Shown in pieces: positions 1 to 8,452 of a stretch of DNA of 64,000 bases. The translations under genes were made by a program, and so were the position numbers. The stretch covers positions 3,272 through 67,271 of the forward strand of contig JBFMEV010000008.1 of the NCBI GenBank assembly GCA_040752335.1, written 5' to 3'. Position 1 is the stretch's first letter; every line of letters begins with the position of its first letter. The notes beneath the pieces were generated by a model. The model was not told where the DNA came from. It was given only the letters and a program-made list of their open reading frames with translations, and did no database searches. The stretch comes from Chloroflexota bacterium. GTDB taxonomy: Bacteria > Chloroflexota > Limnocylindria > Limnocylindrales > CSP1-4.

Positions 1-602
1 GGCTGCGCCAGGAGGGTTTTGACGTCACCTCGGTCACGACCGCCGGCGACGGCCTCGGGCAGCTTCGAAGCGCGCGGCCCGACGTCGTCATCCTGGACGT
101 GGGACTGCCCGACATCGACGGCCTCGACCTGCTCGCCACGATCCGAGCCGAGTCCGATGTCCCGGTCATCATGCTCACCGCCCGCGGTGAGGTGGACGAT
201 CGTGTCCGCGGTCTCGAGCTTGGGGCGGACGACTACGTCGCCAAGCCCTTCCATTTCGCCGAGCTGCTGGCCCGGGTCCGGGCCCAGCTCCGGCGCCGGA
301 ATCCCCGTGATGCAGTCCTCCGCGCCGGCGACGTCGCCCTGGACCCCCGGAGTCACGCCGTGACCCGGGGCGAGCGGGCCGTCCACCTCAGCGCCCGCGA
401 GTACGAGCTGCTGGAGCTGTTCCTTCGCCACCCCGGCGAAGTCCTCTCGAAGGAATCGATCCTCGACCGGCTGTGGGGCTACGCCTTCGATGCCAACCTC
501 GTCGAGGTCTACGTCGGCTATCTCCGTCGCAAGCTCGGCGAGCCGCCGCTCATCGAGACGCTCCGCGGCGCCGGCTACGTCCTCCGCGAGCCCGGGTCGT
601 GA
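1..602 (+). CDS. OmpR/PhoB-family response regulator (5' end lies outside the window)
   Basis: The frame is open from position 3. The receiver domain reads (…DVVILDVGLPDIDGLDLL…GADDYVAKPF). The winged-helix output domain reads (…LSAREYELLELFLRHPGEVLSKESILDRLWG…VEVYVGYLRRKL). The stop TGA at 600-602 overlaps the GTG of the downstream kinase. Confidence 0.92.
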   Translation, partial: LRQEGFDVTSVTTAGDGLGQLRSARPDVVILDVGLPDIDGLDLLATIRAESDVPVIMLTARGEVDDRVRGLELGADDYVAKPFHFAELLARVRAQLRRRNPRDAVLRAGDVALDPRSHAVTRGERAVHLSAREYELLELFLRHPGEVLSKESILDRLWGYAFDANLVEVYVGYLRRKLGEPPLIETLRGAGYVLREPGS

Positions 603-2107
603 CACGGCTCCGCTCGCTCCGGTGGCGCCTCGCGGCGGTGTACGCGGCCGTCGCCGCGGTCATGCTGGTCGTCGTCCTGACCGTTGTCGCGAACGCCGTG
701 GAGACCGCGCTCATCCGGAGCGCTGCCGAGCGGCTGACGATCGAGGCCGGGCTGATCGCCGCGGAGACGGGCCCGGGCCGGAGCGGACCGCGCGCGACCG
801 ACCTGGCGGCCGGCGAGCTCGCGACGGTCCTCGGCGGCCGCGGCACGGCGGTCGTGATCCTCGATCCCAGCGGCGCAACACTGGCGGCCCAGGGCAACGG
901 CGCCGCCCCGGCCGTCCTGGATGCCCGGCTCGCCGCCGCCGACTACGCCGCGGTCGTCGCCCAGGGGATGACGATCGACGCCGTTGAACCCCTCGCCGGC
1001 GGTGGTCGGGCGCTCATCGTCGCCGCGCCCGTTCAGCTCCGAGCGGGGGGACCCGGCGGCGGCGTCGGTCAGGGCCGCGGCCAGGGCAATGGTCGCGGCC
1101 TCGGCAACCAGGGGGATGGGCGAGCGGAGGCCGCCGATGGCCCGGCCAACGCGGTCGCCCAGCTTGCCATCTCCCTCGACGCGATCGACGCCTCGCTGGC
1201 CGACCTGCGGTTGCGCCTGGCCCTGCTCGGGGCCGGCATGCTGGTCGCGGCCGTGGTGGTCGCCTGGCTCCTCACCCGCCTCGGACTGCGGGCCCTCGAA
1301 CGGGTGACCGGCGCCGCGGACAGGATCGCCGCCGGCGATCTGGATGCCAGGGCCGCCCTGCCCGCGGGGACGGACGAGGTCGGTCGGCTGGGGCGGGCAT
1401 TCGACGGGATGGCCGAGCGGGTCGACGCGACGCTGACGGCCCAGCGCCAGTTCGCGGCCGACGCTTCGCACGAGCTGCGGACCCCGTTGACGGTCCTCGG
1501 CGGCTACGTCGATGTCCTCGCCGCCGGGGATCTCGACCCGGAGACCCGGACCCGGACGCTCGGCGCGATGCGGCGCGAGATCGACCGACTGTCCCGTCTC
1601 TCCAACGACCTGCTGCTGTTGACCCAGCTGGAGGCCGGCGGCGGGCGGCTCGCCCCGCGGGTGCTCGACCTCGGCGAGCTCGTCGAGGACATCGCCGCCG
1701 CGGCCCGCGTCATCGGTCCCGACAGGCGGGTCGAGGTCGTCCGCGACGGGACCCTTCCGGTCGTCGCCGATCCGGATCGGCTGACACAGGCGCTCATGAA
1801 CCTCGTCGACAACGCCGTCCGTCACACCCAGCCCGGGGGCACGATCCGGCTGACCGCGACCCGGACGGACGGCCTGGCCGTGGCCGAGGTGAGCAACACC
1901 GGGGAGCCGATCCCGGCCGACGATCTGGCCCGCGTCTTCGACCGCTTCTATCGGGCGTCGGGCCGCTCCGGGTCGCGGGACGGGTCACACGCCGGGCTCG
2001 GCCTCGCGATCGCGCGGGCGATCACCGAGGCGTCGGGCGGTTCGGTCAGCGCGGCAAGCGATCGCGACGGGACGCGCTTCTCCATTCGGCTGCCCGCCGC
2101 GGGCTGA
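599..2107 (+). CDS. Sensor histidine kinase (TM - periplasmic region - HAMP - HisKA - HATPase)
   Basis: H-box FAADASHELRTPLT. The N/G boxes read LMNLVDNAVRHT … NTGEPIPADD … GLGLAIAR. The GTG at 599 is in frame and forms a GTGA overlap with the regulator stop. The longer track ORF from 473 overlaps the regulator, so I did not use it. Confidence 0.9.
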   Translation: MTRLRSLRWRLAAVYAAVAAVMLVVVLTVVANAVETALIRSAAERLTIEAGLIAAETGPGRSGPRATDLAAGELATVLGGRGTAVVILDPSGATLAAQGNGAAPAVLDARLAAADYAAVVAQGMTIDAVEPLAGGGRALIVAAPVQLRAGGPGGGVGQGRGQGNGRGLGNQGDGRAEAADGPANAVAQLAISLDAIDASLADLRLRLALLGAGMLVAAVVVAWLLTRLGLRALERVTGAADRIAAGDLDARAALPAGTDEVGRLGRAFDGMAERVDATLTAQRQFAADASHELRTPLTVLGGYVDVLAAGDLDPETRTRTLGAMRREIDRLSRLSNDLLLLTQLEAGGGRLAPRVLDLGELVEDIAAAARVIGPDRRVEVVRDGTLPVVADPDRLTQALMNLVDNAVRHTQPGGTIRLTATRTDGLAVAEVSNTGEPIPADDLARVFDRFYRASGRSGSRDGSHAGLGLAIARAITEASGGSVSAASDRDGTRFSIRLPAAG

Positions 2108-2218
2108 AGGGCGCGGCGGGCGGGGACCGCGGACGGACGCGTGCTTCGTGATTCGTGTGCTGAGCCCAGCTGCGCCGTCGCCCCCGCATACAGGGCGTCA
2201 TCCGTGGGAAGCTCGAGC

Positions 2219-2992
2219 TCAGGGCAGGCCGCTCGTCGCGAGCACCGTGACCGATTTGCGATTGATTCGGATCCGCGCCCAGGCTGTGTTGTTCTGCTCG
2301 TTCGCCTCGATGAACTGGCCGGTCTCACCCGGCGCCGCCGGGTCGGCGGCGACGGTCACGAGGTACTCGCCGTTACCGAGCTTCGAGATGTCGATGTACT
2401 GGAAGGCGATGTTGTAGGGGTAGCGGTCACCCCAGCGGACGGACAGGCCCATGGGCACCGTGCCGTCCGGCGCGAGCTCGCAGGCGTCGGTCGTCGACGG
2501 GTGGTAGTACGCCGGCGCCGGCGCGCCGTAGTTGTAGTTGTCCCAGAAGCAGAAGCCACGCTTCGCCCCGCGGGCGAGGACCAGCGCGTTCAAGTTCTGG
2601 AGGGTCATCTCCTGCAGGTCGCGAACGTGGAAGTGGTTGTGGCCGTCCCCGGACCAGAACATCGTCGCCCCCGTCGGGTGGTCGGACAACCCGCCGCCCG
2701 GCTCGGCCAGATGCTGGACGACGTCGTATGGATCGCCGGAGGTGGCGCCGTTGAGCTGGCCCAAGACCTGGAACGGGCCCGGGCCGAGATTGACGATCAC
2801 GGTCGAGAACCGGAGAAGGCGGGTCTTCCGGGCCTGCTGCTCGATCTTGAAGTCGCTCGGCGGCAGCATCACGAGGTCGGGCAGCGTTGCGTCCTCGGTG
2901 TGGGCGGCTCGAGTCGCAGGTACCCCCGCTCCCCAGCCGGCGGCAATGACTGCCAGCGCCAGCGCGCCCGCGAGGATTCGACGAGCGGTCAT
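2219..2992 (-). CDS. Secreted lysyl-oxidase-family (copper amine oxidase, LTQ-type) protein
   Basis: GHNHFH (His-x-His-x-His copper motif), AKRGFCFWDN and GDRYPYNIAFQYIDIS resemble the LOX catalytic-domain signatures. The N-terminus has a signal peptide (MTARRILAGALALAVIAAGWG). GGGAGGG lies 6 nt upstream of the ATG at 2992. Confidence 0.75.
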   Translation of the reverse strand: MTARRILAGALALAVIAAGWGAGVPATRAAHTEDATLPDLVMLPPSDFKIEQQARKTRLLRFSTVIVNLGPGPFQVLGQLNGATSGDPYDVVQHLAEPGGGLSDHPTGATMFWSGDGHNHFHVRDLQEMTLQNLNALVLARGAKRGFCFWDNYNYGAPAPAYYHPSTTDACELAPDGTVPMGLSVRWGDRYPYNIAFQYIDISKLGNGEYLVTVAADPAAPGETGQFIEANEQNNTAWARIRINRKSVTVLATSGLP

Positions 2993-3166
2993 GGACCTGC
3001 CCTCCCGTGCGAGCCGCCGCGCCTCCACGGTCGACCGTCCGCGGCGAGCCGAACGCCGGACATTGTGCGCCGTAGGTCCCGCCGCGCGCCATCCCCTGGA
3101 CGTTGTCGAGCCGTTGGCGTCGTCTGCCGTCGCCCGCGGTGTCGCCGGCGGGCGCGGTTGGCAGCT

Positions 3167-4375
3167 TCAGCGGCTGCGTGAGCCGGTCGCGTCATCGGCA
3201 CGGCCGACCGGATCGATCGGGGCGAGCTCCGGGGCCTGCCCTGCCGGCCTGATCCGCCAGATCGACCGGATGAGGACGGGCGCGGCCACGAACATCAGGG
3301 CGAAGGCGATGATGACCACGAGCAGGGACAGCGGGATGCCGGTCACGATGACCATGTTCTTGGCGCCCGTGGTGAGCGCGCCGTAGAGGACCGCGACCAG
3401 CACCACGCCGCTCGGCCGCAGACCGGCAATCAGCGCCAGGGCCAGGGAGACGTACCCCATGTCGCCGGAGGGGCCGCCCGAGAGACCCCCGGCAGGCCCG
3501 AGGGCGAAGAACGCGCTGCCCAGGCCGACGAGCCCGCCGGACAGCGACATGGCCAGGACCGTGGTCCGGCCCGGGTTCATGCCCGCGCCGCGGGCCGCGC
3601 TGCGACTGAAGCCGGTGGCGCGGAGCTCGAAACCGAGGCGCGTCCGGAACAACATGAAAGACACCACGACCGCCGTCAGCAGGGCGGCGAAGAAGCCCCA
3701 GTCGAGACGGATCGCCGGCAGGTCGAAGAGCAGCGGCACGTCGGCGATCGATGCCAGGCTTCGGGTGAGCTCGCCCGAGCTCATGGCGAAGATCGTGATC
3801 TCCGGCGCGATCGAGCTGAGCATGAGCGTGGTGATGACCTCGTGCGCGCCCGTGCGCGCCTTGAGAAAGCCGGGCACGAAGCCGTACGCAGCGCCAAAGA
3901 TGGTCCCGCCCGCCAGCGCTGCGACCAGGATGAGGGCCGGCGGCAGATGCCCGTCCAGGAGGATCGCGGTGATCGTCGCGCCGAGACCGCCGATGAGGAA
4001 TTGGCCCCCGGCTCCGAGGTTGAACAGCCCGGCGTGGAACGACACCGCGAGGCCCAGGCCCACGAAGATGAACGGCGTCGCGCTGACGAGGGTCTCGGTG
4101 ATCGGCCGGATGGCGTTCGCGATGTCGTTCGCGGCGCCAGTCTGGACGGCAGCGACGACCCTGCCGGGGTCCCCGATCGCGCCGGAGAACATCGCACCAT
4201 AGCCCTCGAGCACGCCACCGAACGCGCCGCCGAGCGCCGCGGCGGGATCGGTCCCGAGGCGCCGAAGGTGCTCGACGTCGGTCAGCACGATGAGGATCGC
4301 GCCCGCGATGAATGCGCTGATCAGTGCCAGCGCCGGGACCACAAGGCGACGCGGCGGCTCGGCGTGATGGTTCAT
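3167..4375 (-). CDS. ABC transporter permease, BMP/nucleoside-sugar (YufP-like) family; orphan in this window
   Basis: Polytopic membrane protein with a typical branched-chain/sugar permease core (…LGLAVSFHAGLFNLGAGGQFLIGG…). The only start upstream of the first TM helix is the ATG at 4375. That ATG is 6 nt after the tRNA-Gln 3' end. Confidence 0.8.
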   Translation of the reverse strand: MNHHAEPPRRLVVPALALISAFIAGAILIVLTDVEHLRRLGTDPAAALGGAFGGVLEGYGAMFSGAIGDPGRVVAAVQTGAANDIANAIRPITETLVSATPFIFVGLGLAVSFHAGLFNLGAGGQFLIGGLGATITAILLDGHLPPALILVAALAGGTIFGAAYGFVPGFLKARTGAHEVITTLMLSSIAPEITIFAMSSGELTRSLASIADVPLLFDLPAIRLDWGFFAALLTAVVVSFMLFRTRLGFELRATGFSRSAARGAGMNPGRTTVLAMSLSGGLVGLGSAFFALGPAGGLSGGPSGDMGYVSLALALIAGLRPSGVVLVAVLYGALTTGAKNMVIVTGIPLSLLVVIIAFALMFVAAPVLIRSIWRIRPAGQAPELAPIDPVGRADDATGSRSR

Positions 4376-4381
4376 GGGAGT

Positions 4382-4456
4382 TGGCTGGCGAGGGAGGATT
4401 CGAACCTCCAATCCCCTGATCCAGAGTCAGGTGCCTTACCGTTTGGCCACTCGCCA
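4382..4456 (-). tRNA. tRNA-Gln (anticodon CUG), CCA encoded
   Basis: The reverse complement is TGGCGAGTGGCCAAACGGTAAGGCACCTGACTCTGGATCAGGGGATTGGAGGTTCGAATCCTCCCTCGCCAGCCA. It folds as a cloverleaf with anticodon stem CCTGA/TCAGG and loop CTCTGGA. It has U1:A72, G73 and a GGTTCGAATCC T-arm. Confidence 0.93.
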
Positions 4457-4503
4457 GCGGGGCCCGCGGGCCGAAATCGAATCTACCCCATCGTGTCCGG
4501 CGG

Positions 4504-6195
4504 TCAGCCCTTCGACTGGACCCGGGCCCAGGTGTCGCGCAGGGTAAGCGCGCGATTGAAGACCGGCGCGCCGGGCCGCGAATCGGGGTCGGCTACGAAG
4601 TAGCCCAGGCGCTCGAACTGGACGGGCTCGCCGACCGCGGCGTCGGCCAGGGCCGGCTCAAGCATCGCCGCGCGGACGATCGTCTCGGAGGCCGGGTTCA
4701 GGTCACCGAACAGGTCCAGCCCGCCGGCCCCGGGGAACGGCTGCGAGAACAAGTGGTCGTAGAGCCGGACCTCGGCCGGGACGGCGTGGGCCGCCGAGAC
4801 CCAGTGGAGGGTGGCCTTCGGGCGACGGCCGTCGGGCGCATCGCCGCCGCGGGTCGCCGGGTCGTACGTGCAGCGCAGCTCGACGACGGCGCCCGTCGCG
4901 TCCTTGACGACCTCGTCACAGACGACGAAGTAGGCATTCCGGAGGCGGACCTCGCGACCCGGGGCGAGCCGGAAGAACTTCGGCGGAGGCTCCTCCATGA
5001 AGTCGTCGCGCTCGATCCACAGCTCCCGCCCGAATTCGACCGGGCGCTCGCCGGCGGCGGGATCCTCGGGGTTGTTGACGACCTCCATCGTCTCGACGTG
5101 GCCGGCCGGCCAGTTCGTGATCGTGAGCTTCAGGGGATCGAGGACCCCGAACCGGCGCGGCGCCGTCCGATTGAGGACCGCCCGAACGGCGAACTCGAGC
5201 TGGCCGACCTCTATGACCGAGTCCGTCTTCGCGACGCCGATCATCGTCGCGAAGTCTCGGATGGCTGCGGCCGGGTAGCCCCTCCGCCGGAGGCCGGAGA
5301 TCGTCGGCATCCGGGGGTCGTCCCAGCCGCGGACGTGGCCCTCCTGGACGAGCCGCAGCAGGACCCGCTTCGAGAGCACGGTGTGGGTCAGGTTGAGCCG
5401 GGCGAACTCGTACTGGTGGGGGACGTGCGGGACCGGCAGGTGCTCGACGAGCCAGTCGTAGAGCGGCCGGTGGTTCTCGAACTCGAGGGTGCAAATGGAG
5501 TGGGTGACGCCCTCGATGGCGTCCGACTGGCCGTGGGCGAAGTCGTAGGTCGGGTAGACGCACCACGCGTCGCCGGTCCGGGGGTGGCTGGCGTGGACGA
5601 TCCGATAGAGGATCGGGTCGCGGAGGTTGAGGTTCGGGCTGGCCATGTCGATCTTCGCCCGCAGGACGCGGGCCCCGTTCGGGAACTCGCCGGCCCGCAT
5701 CCGGGCGAAGAGATCGAGGCTCTCGCCCACCGGGCGGTCACGCCAGGGCGACTCGCGGCCGGGCGCAACCAACGTGCCGCGGGTCTCCCGGATCACCTCG
5801 GCCGACTGGTCGTCGACGTAGGCCAGGCCGCCTTCGACGAGATGGACGGCCCAGCCGTACAGCTGTTCGAAGTAGTCGGACGCGTGGTAGAGGTGCTCGC
5901 CCCAGTCGACGCCGAGCCAGCGCATGTCGTCGACGATCGCGTCGATGTACTCCTGCTCCTCCTTCTCCGGGTTGGTGTCATCGAAACGGAGGTGGCAGCG
6001 GCCGCCGAACTCCTCGGCGATGCCGAAGTTCAGGTAGATCGACTTCGCGTGGCCGATGTGGAGGTAGCCGTTGGGCTCCGGCGGGAAGCGGGTGACGGGC
6101 ACCCCGACCCGGCCGGCGGCGACGTCGGCGGCGACGATCTCGCGGATGAAGTCACGCCGCTCGGGGGCTTCGAGGTCGGCGGTCGGGCTGGTCAT
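4504..6195 (-). CDS. glnS: Glutamine--tRNA ligase (GlnRS)
   Basis: 563 aa. The HIGH motif is in PEPNGYLHIGHAKS, and the KMSKS-type motif is VLSKR. A full class-I catalytic domain is followed by the C-terminal anticodon-binding beta-barrels (…YDPATRGG…HWVSA…). Confidence 0.93.
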   Translation of the reverse strand: MTSPTADLEAPERRDFIREIVAADVAAGRVGVPVTRFPPEPNGYLHIGHAKSIYLNFGIAEEFGGRCHLRFDDTNPEKEEQEYIDAIVDDMRWLGVDWGEHLYHASDYFEQLYGWAVHLVEGGLAYVDDQSAEVIRETRGTLVAPGRESPWRDRPVGESLDLFARMRAGEFPNGARVLRAKIDMASPNLNLRDPILYRIVHASHPRTGDAWCVYPTYDFAHGQSDAIEGVTHSICTLEFENHRPLYDWLVEHLPVPHVPHQYEFARLNLTHTVLSKRVLLRLVQEGHVRGWDDPRMPTISGLRRRGYPAAAIRDFATMIGVAKTDSVIEVGQLEFAVRAVLNRTAPRRFGVLDPLKLTITNWPAGHVETMEVVNNPEDPAAGERPVEFGRELWIERDDFMEEPPPKFFRLAPGREVRLRNAYFVVCDEVVKDATGAVVELRCTYDPATRGGDAPDGRRPKATLHWVSAAHAVPAEVRLYDHLFSQPFPGAGGLDLFGDLNPASETIVRAAMLEPALADAAVGEPVQFERLGYFVADPDSRPGAPVFNRALTLRDTWARVQSKG

Positions 6196-6268
6196 CGGGC
6201 GCGACTCCTGCTACCTGGTGGGGGAGGCGTCGCGGCGCACGCGGGGACGCACCACACTCCCTCGGAGT

Positions 6269-6343
6269 TGGCTGGCGCGCCAGGATTCGAACCTGGAACC
6301 CCCTGATCCAGAGTCAGGTGCTCTACCGTTGAGCCACGCGCCA
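6269..6343 (-). tRNA. tRNA-Gln (anticodon CUG), second copy with different arms, CCA encoded
   Basis: The reverse complement is TGGCGCGTGGCTCAACGGTAGAGCACCTGACTCTGGATCAGGGGGTTCCAGGTTCGAATCCTGGCGCGCCAGCCA. The anticodon stem-loop is identical to the copy at 4382-4456. The acceptor, D and T stems carry compensatory differences. Confidence 0.92.
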
Positions 6344-6387
6344 GCGGCCGCTCGGAATGATACTCGACACCCGCGAGTGACCGGCCG

Positions 6388-7347
6388 TCAGGCGTCGGCG
6401 ACCGCCTGCTGTCGTCCGCGCAGCGGCCGATAGACCGCCCCGAGATAGACCCCGGCCAGGACGACCGCGCCGCCGGCCAGGAACGATGGCCGGATCGCTT
6501 CGCCGAGGAGCAGCCAGCCGAAGACGATCGCCACGAGCGGGAACAGCAGGAACGCGTACGACGTCGCCGACGCGGTCCAGCGCGCCAGGATGAAGAGGAC
6601 CAGGAGGAAGACCGCGATCGAGCCCGGCCCGATGAGATAGGCCATCGCCAGCCACGTCTCGGCGCGCGTCGGCACCACGATCGGCTCGCCCCCGACGACG
6701 GCGACGACGGCGAGCATCGCCGCGCCGAGGAGCATCCCGACAGCGTTCGCCGCGACCGGGTCACCAGGTGGGAACCGCTTCACGATGACGCCCGATTCCG
6801 CCTGGCAGACGGCGGCCCCGAGCAGGAGCAGGAGGGCCGTGATCGGAACGTCGAGCCGGACCTGGTCGGCCGCGACGAGGACGATGCCAAGGCTGGCGAT
6901 CGCGGCGCCTGCCAGCCCGAGCAGCCGGATGCGCTCGACGCGGTGGGCAACGGCGAGGAGGGACGTGAGGAGCGGCACGACCGACAGGATCAGCATCGTC
7001 GTCCCGGCTGGGGCGTCCCGGAGGGCCTCATACAGGCAGAGGTAGGCGAGCCCGAACCCGATGATCCCGAACAGCGCGCTGCCGAGCAGCCGTTCACCCC
7101 GTGGCCACGGGCGGCCACCGGCGAGGACGAGCCCGACGAGGAGAAGGCCGGCGATCGCGAACCGGATCGCCGCCGACCAGAACGGGCCCATCTCGTGCAG
7201 GACGAACCGAACGCCGATCGCGTTCGAGCCGCCGAAGAGGACGAGCGCGGCAAAGGCGGCCAGGACGACAGCACCGGTTCGGGCTGGCAGGGACGCACCT
7301 CCTCCGCCCGCAGCGTAGCGTGCCCTGACAACCCGCAGAGCGGGCAA
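6388..7347 (-). CDS. EamA/DMT-family transporter (start uncertain)
   Basis: About 10 TM helices with two EamA-like halves. The 470-aa track ORF has an Arg/Pro-rich N-terminal extension that overlaps the upstream gene, so I consider that extension spurious. The nearest in-frame start before TM1 is the TTG at 7347, which has no good SD. Confidence 0.7.
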   Translation of the reverse strand: MPALRVVRARYAAGGGGASLPARTGAVVLAAFAALVLFGGSNAIGVRFVLHEMGPFWSAAIRFAIAGLLLVGLVLAGGRPWPRGERLLGSALFGIIGFGLAYLCLYEALRDAPAGTTMLILSVVPLLTSLLAVAHRVERIRLLGLAGAAIASLGIVLVAADQVRLDVPITALLLLLGAAVCQAESGVIVKRFPPGDPVAANAVGMLLGAAMLAVVAVVGGEPIVVPTRAETWLAMAYLIGPGSIAVFLLVLFILARWTASATSYAFLLFPLVAIVFGWLLLGEAIRPSFLAGGAVVLAGVYLGAVYRPLRGRQQAVADA

Positions 7348-7352
7348 GGAGG

Positions 7353-7664
7353 TCAGGCCCGTTCGATCCGGAGCATCGCCGCGCCACGGGCGTCGACGAA
7401 CGTCGCCGTCGCGGTTTCCACGATCCGGATCACGACGCCGGTGCAGGCGGGGCAGCGGAGGACGATCCCGGGGCCGCCGACCCAGGCCCGGAGCTCGGCC
7501 ATCACGGTCACGGTCGCGCAGTGGGCGCAGCGGGCCGGGACCTCGGTCATGTCCGCCCCGAGGGCGGCGGCGAGCGCACCGGCCGCGACGTTGCCGTCGA
7601 GCGGCGCCCCGTCGCGGTCGCCGTCGAGGTCGACATCGAGGTTGCGAGGCTGCGGTTCGGACAT
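7353..7664 (-). CDS. Small Cys-containing protein, DUF6510-like
   Basis: CAHCATVTVMAEL … LRCPACTGVV is a CxxC…CxxC arrangement. GAGGAGG lies 7 nt upstream of the ATG at 7664. The position, downstream of a sulfite-oxidase-like/FNR-like pair, is as I recall from actinobacterial genomes. Confidence 0.6.
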   Translation of the reverse strand: MSEPQPRNLDVDLDGDRDGAPLDGNVAAGALAAALGADMTEVPARCAHCATVTVMAELRAWVGGPGIVLRCPACTGVVIRIVETATATFVDARGAAMLRIERA

Positions 7665-7684
7665 CGATCGATCCTCCTCGCGCG

Positions 7685-8431
7685 TCACGTGCCGCTCGGG
7701 CCGAAACGCTCGGTCCGGACCCGGTCGGGAGGCAGCCCCAGCCGGACGAGGGCGTTGGCGGCGGTCTCGACGAGGGCTGTGGGGCCGCAGATGAATGCAC
7801 GCGCCCCGATCCCTACTGGCTCCAGCGTCTCGGCCAGCATTCGCTCGTCGATCCGCCGGTCGTAGCCGGCCCAGCCGTCCGGCCGCGAGCGGGTGAGGGT
7901 GTGCCAGACCGTCAGCCCGTCGCCGGCGCCGGCGAGCCGGTGGAGCTCGGCCCGGTAGATGATCTCTTCGGCGTGGCGGGAGCTGAAGAGCAGGCCGGCC
8001 CTCGGGCGTCGCTCGGCGGCGGCCCCCGCCCGGTGGCGGAGCATGGCCATGAGCGGCACCACCCCGGAGCCGCCCGCGACGAGGTAGAGCGGGCCGGCCG
8101 CTGCAATGTCCCAGACGAAGTAGCCACCGATCGGCCCCCGCAGCTCGATCCGGTCGCCGACCTCGGCGATGTCGTGCAGAAACGTGGAGACCTCGCCGTC
8201 CTCGATCCGCTCGACTGTGAGGTCCACGAGGCCGGCCCGCTCCGGCTCCGAGGCGATCGAGTAGCTCCGTTCCACGCTGTAGCCATCGGCCGCGGTGAGC
8301 CGCAGGTCCACGTGCTGGCCCGGTCGATGGCTCGGCCAGTCGGGGATCGACAGGGCGAACGACTTGACGGTCGGCGTCTCGTCGCGGATCCCTACGATCG
8401 TCGCGAGGCGCCAGGCGATGGGGCTGGTCAT
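7685..8431 (-). CDS. FNR-like FAD/NAD(P)-binding oxidoreductase (ferredoxin reductase type)
   Basis: RSYSIAS (RxYS FAD motif). LVAGGSGVVPLMAML (NAD(P) binding). A C-terminal …CGPTALV… segment. Confidence 0.85.
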   Translation of the reverse strand: MTSPIAWRLATIVGIRDETPTVKSFALSIPDWPSHRPGQHVDLRLTAADGYSVERSYSIASEPERAGLVDLTVERIEDGEVSTFLHDIAEVGDRIELRGPIGGYFVWDIAAAGPLYLVAGGSGVVPLMAMLRHRAGAAAERRPRAGLLFSSRHAEEIIYRAELHRLAGAGDGLTVWHTLTRSRPDGWAGYDRRIDERMLAETLEPVGIGARAFICGPTALVETAANALVRLGLPPDRVRTERFGPSGT

Positions 8432-8452
8432 GACCGGGTCTCGCTCACGAGC

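Noticed and set aside
575-1825. A 416-aa minus-strand ORF covering most of the histidine-kinase gene.
   Set aside because: It is a typical high-GC antisense shadow ORF, with Arg/Gly/Pro/Asp-rich translation and no motifs. The + frame carries unambiguous HisKA/HATPase motifs.
4753-6306. A 517-aa plus-strand ORF overlapping glnS and the second tRNA-Gln.
   Set aside because: It is antisense to a clearly identified GlnRS, its composition is low-complexity (Arg/Asp/Gly/Val-rich), and it runs through a tRNA gene.
6388-7800. The 470-aa ORF, suggesting an EamA transporter with a 170-aa cytoplasmic N-terminal domain.
   Set aside because: The extension is Arg/Pro-rich and fully overlaps the better-supported small CxxC protein gene (7353-7664, with a strong RBS). 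I kept only the transporter core.
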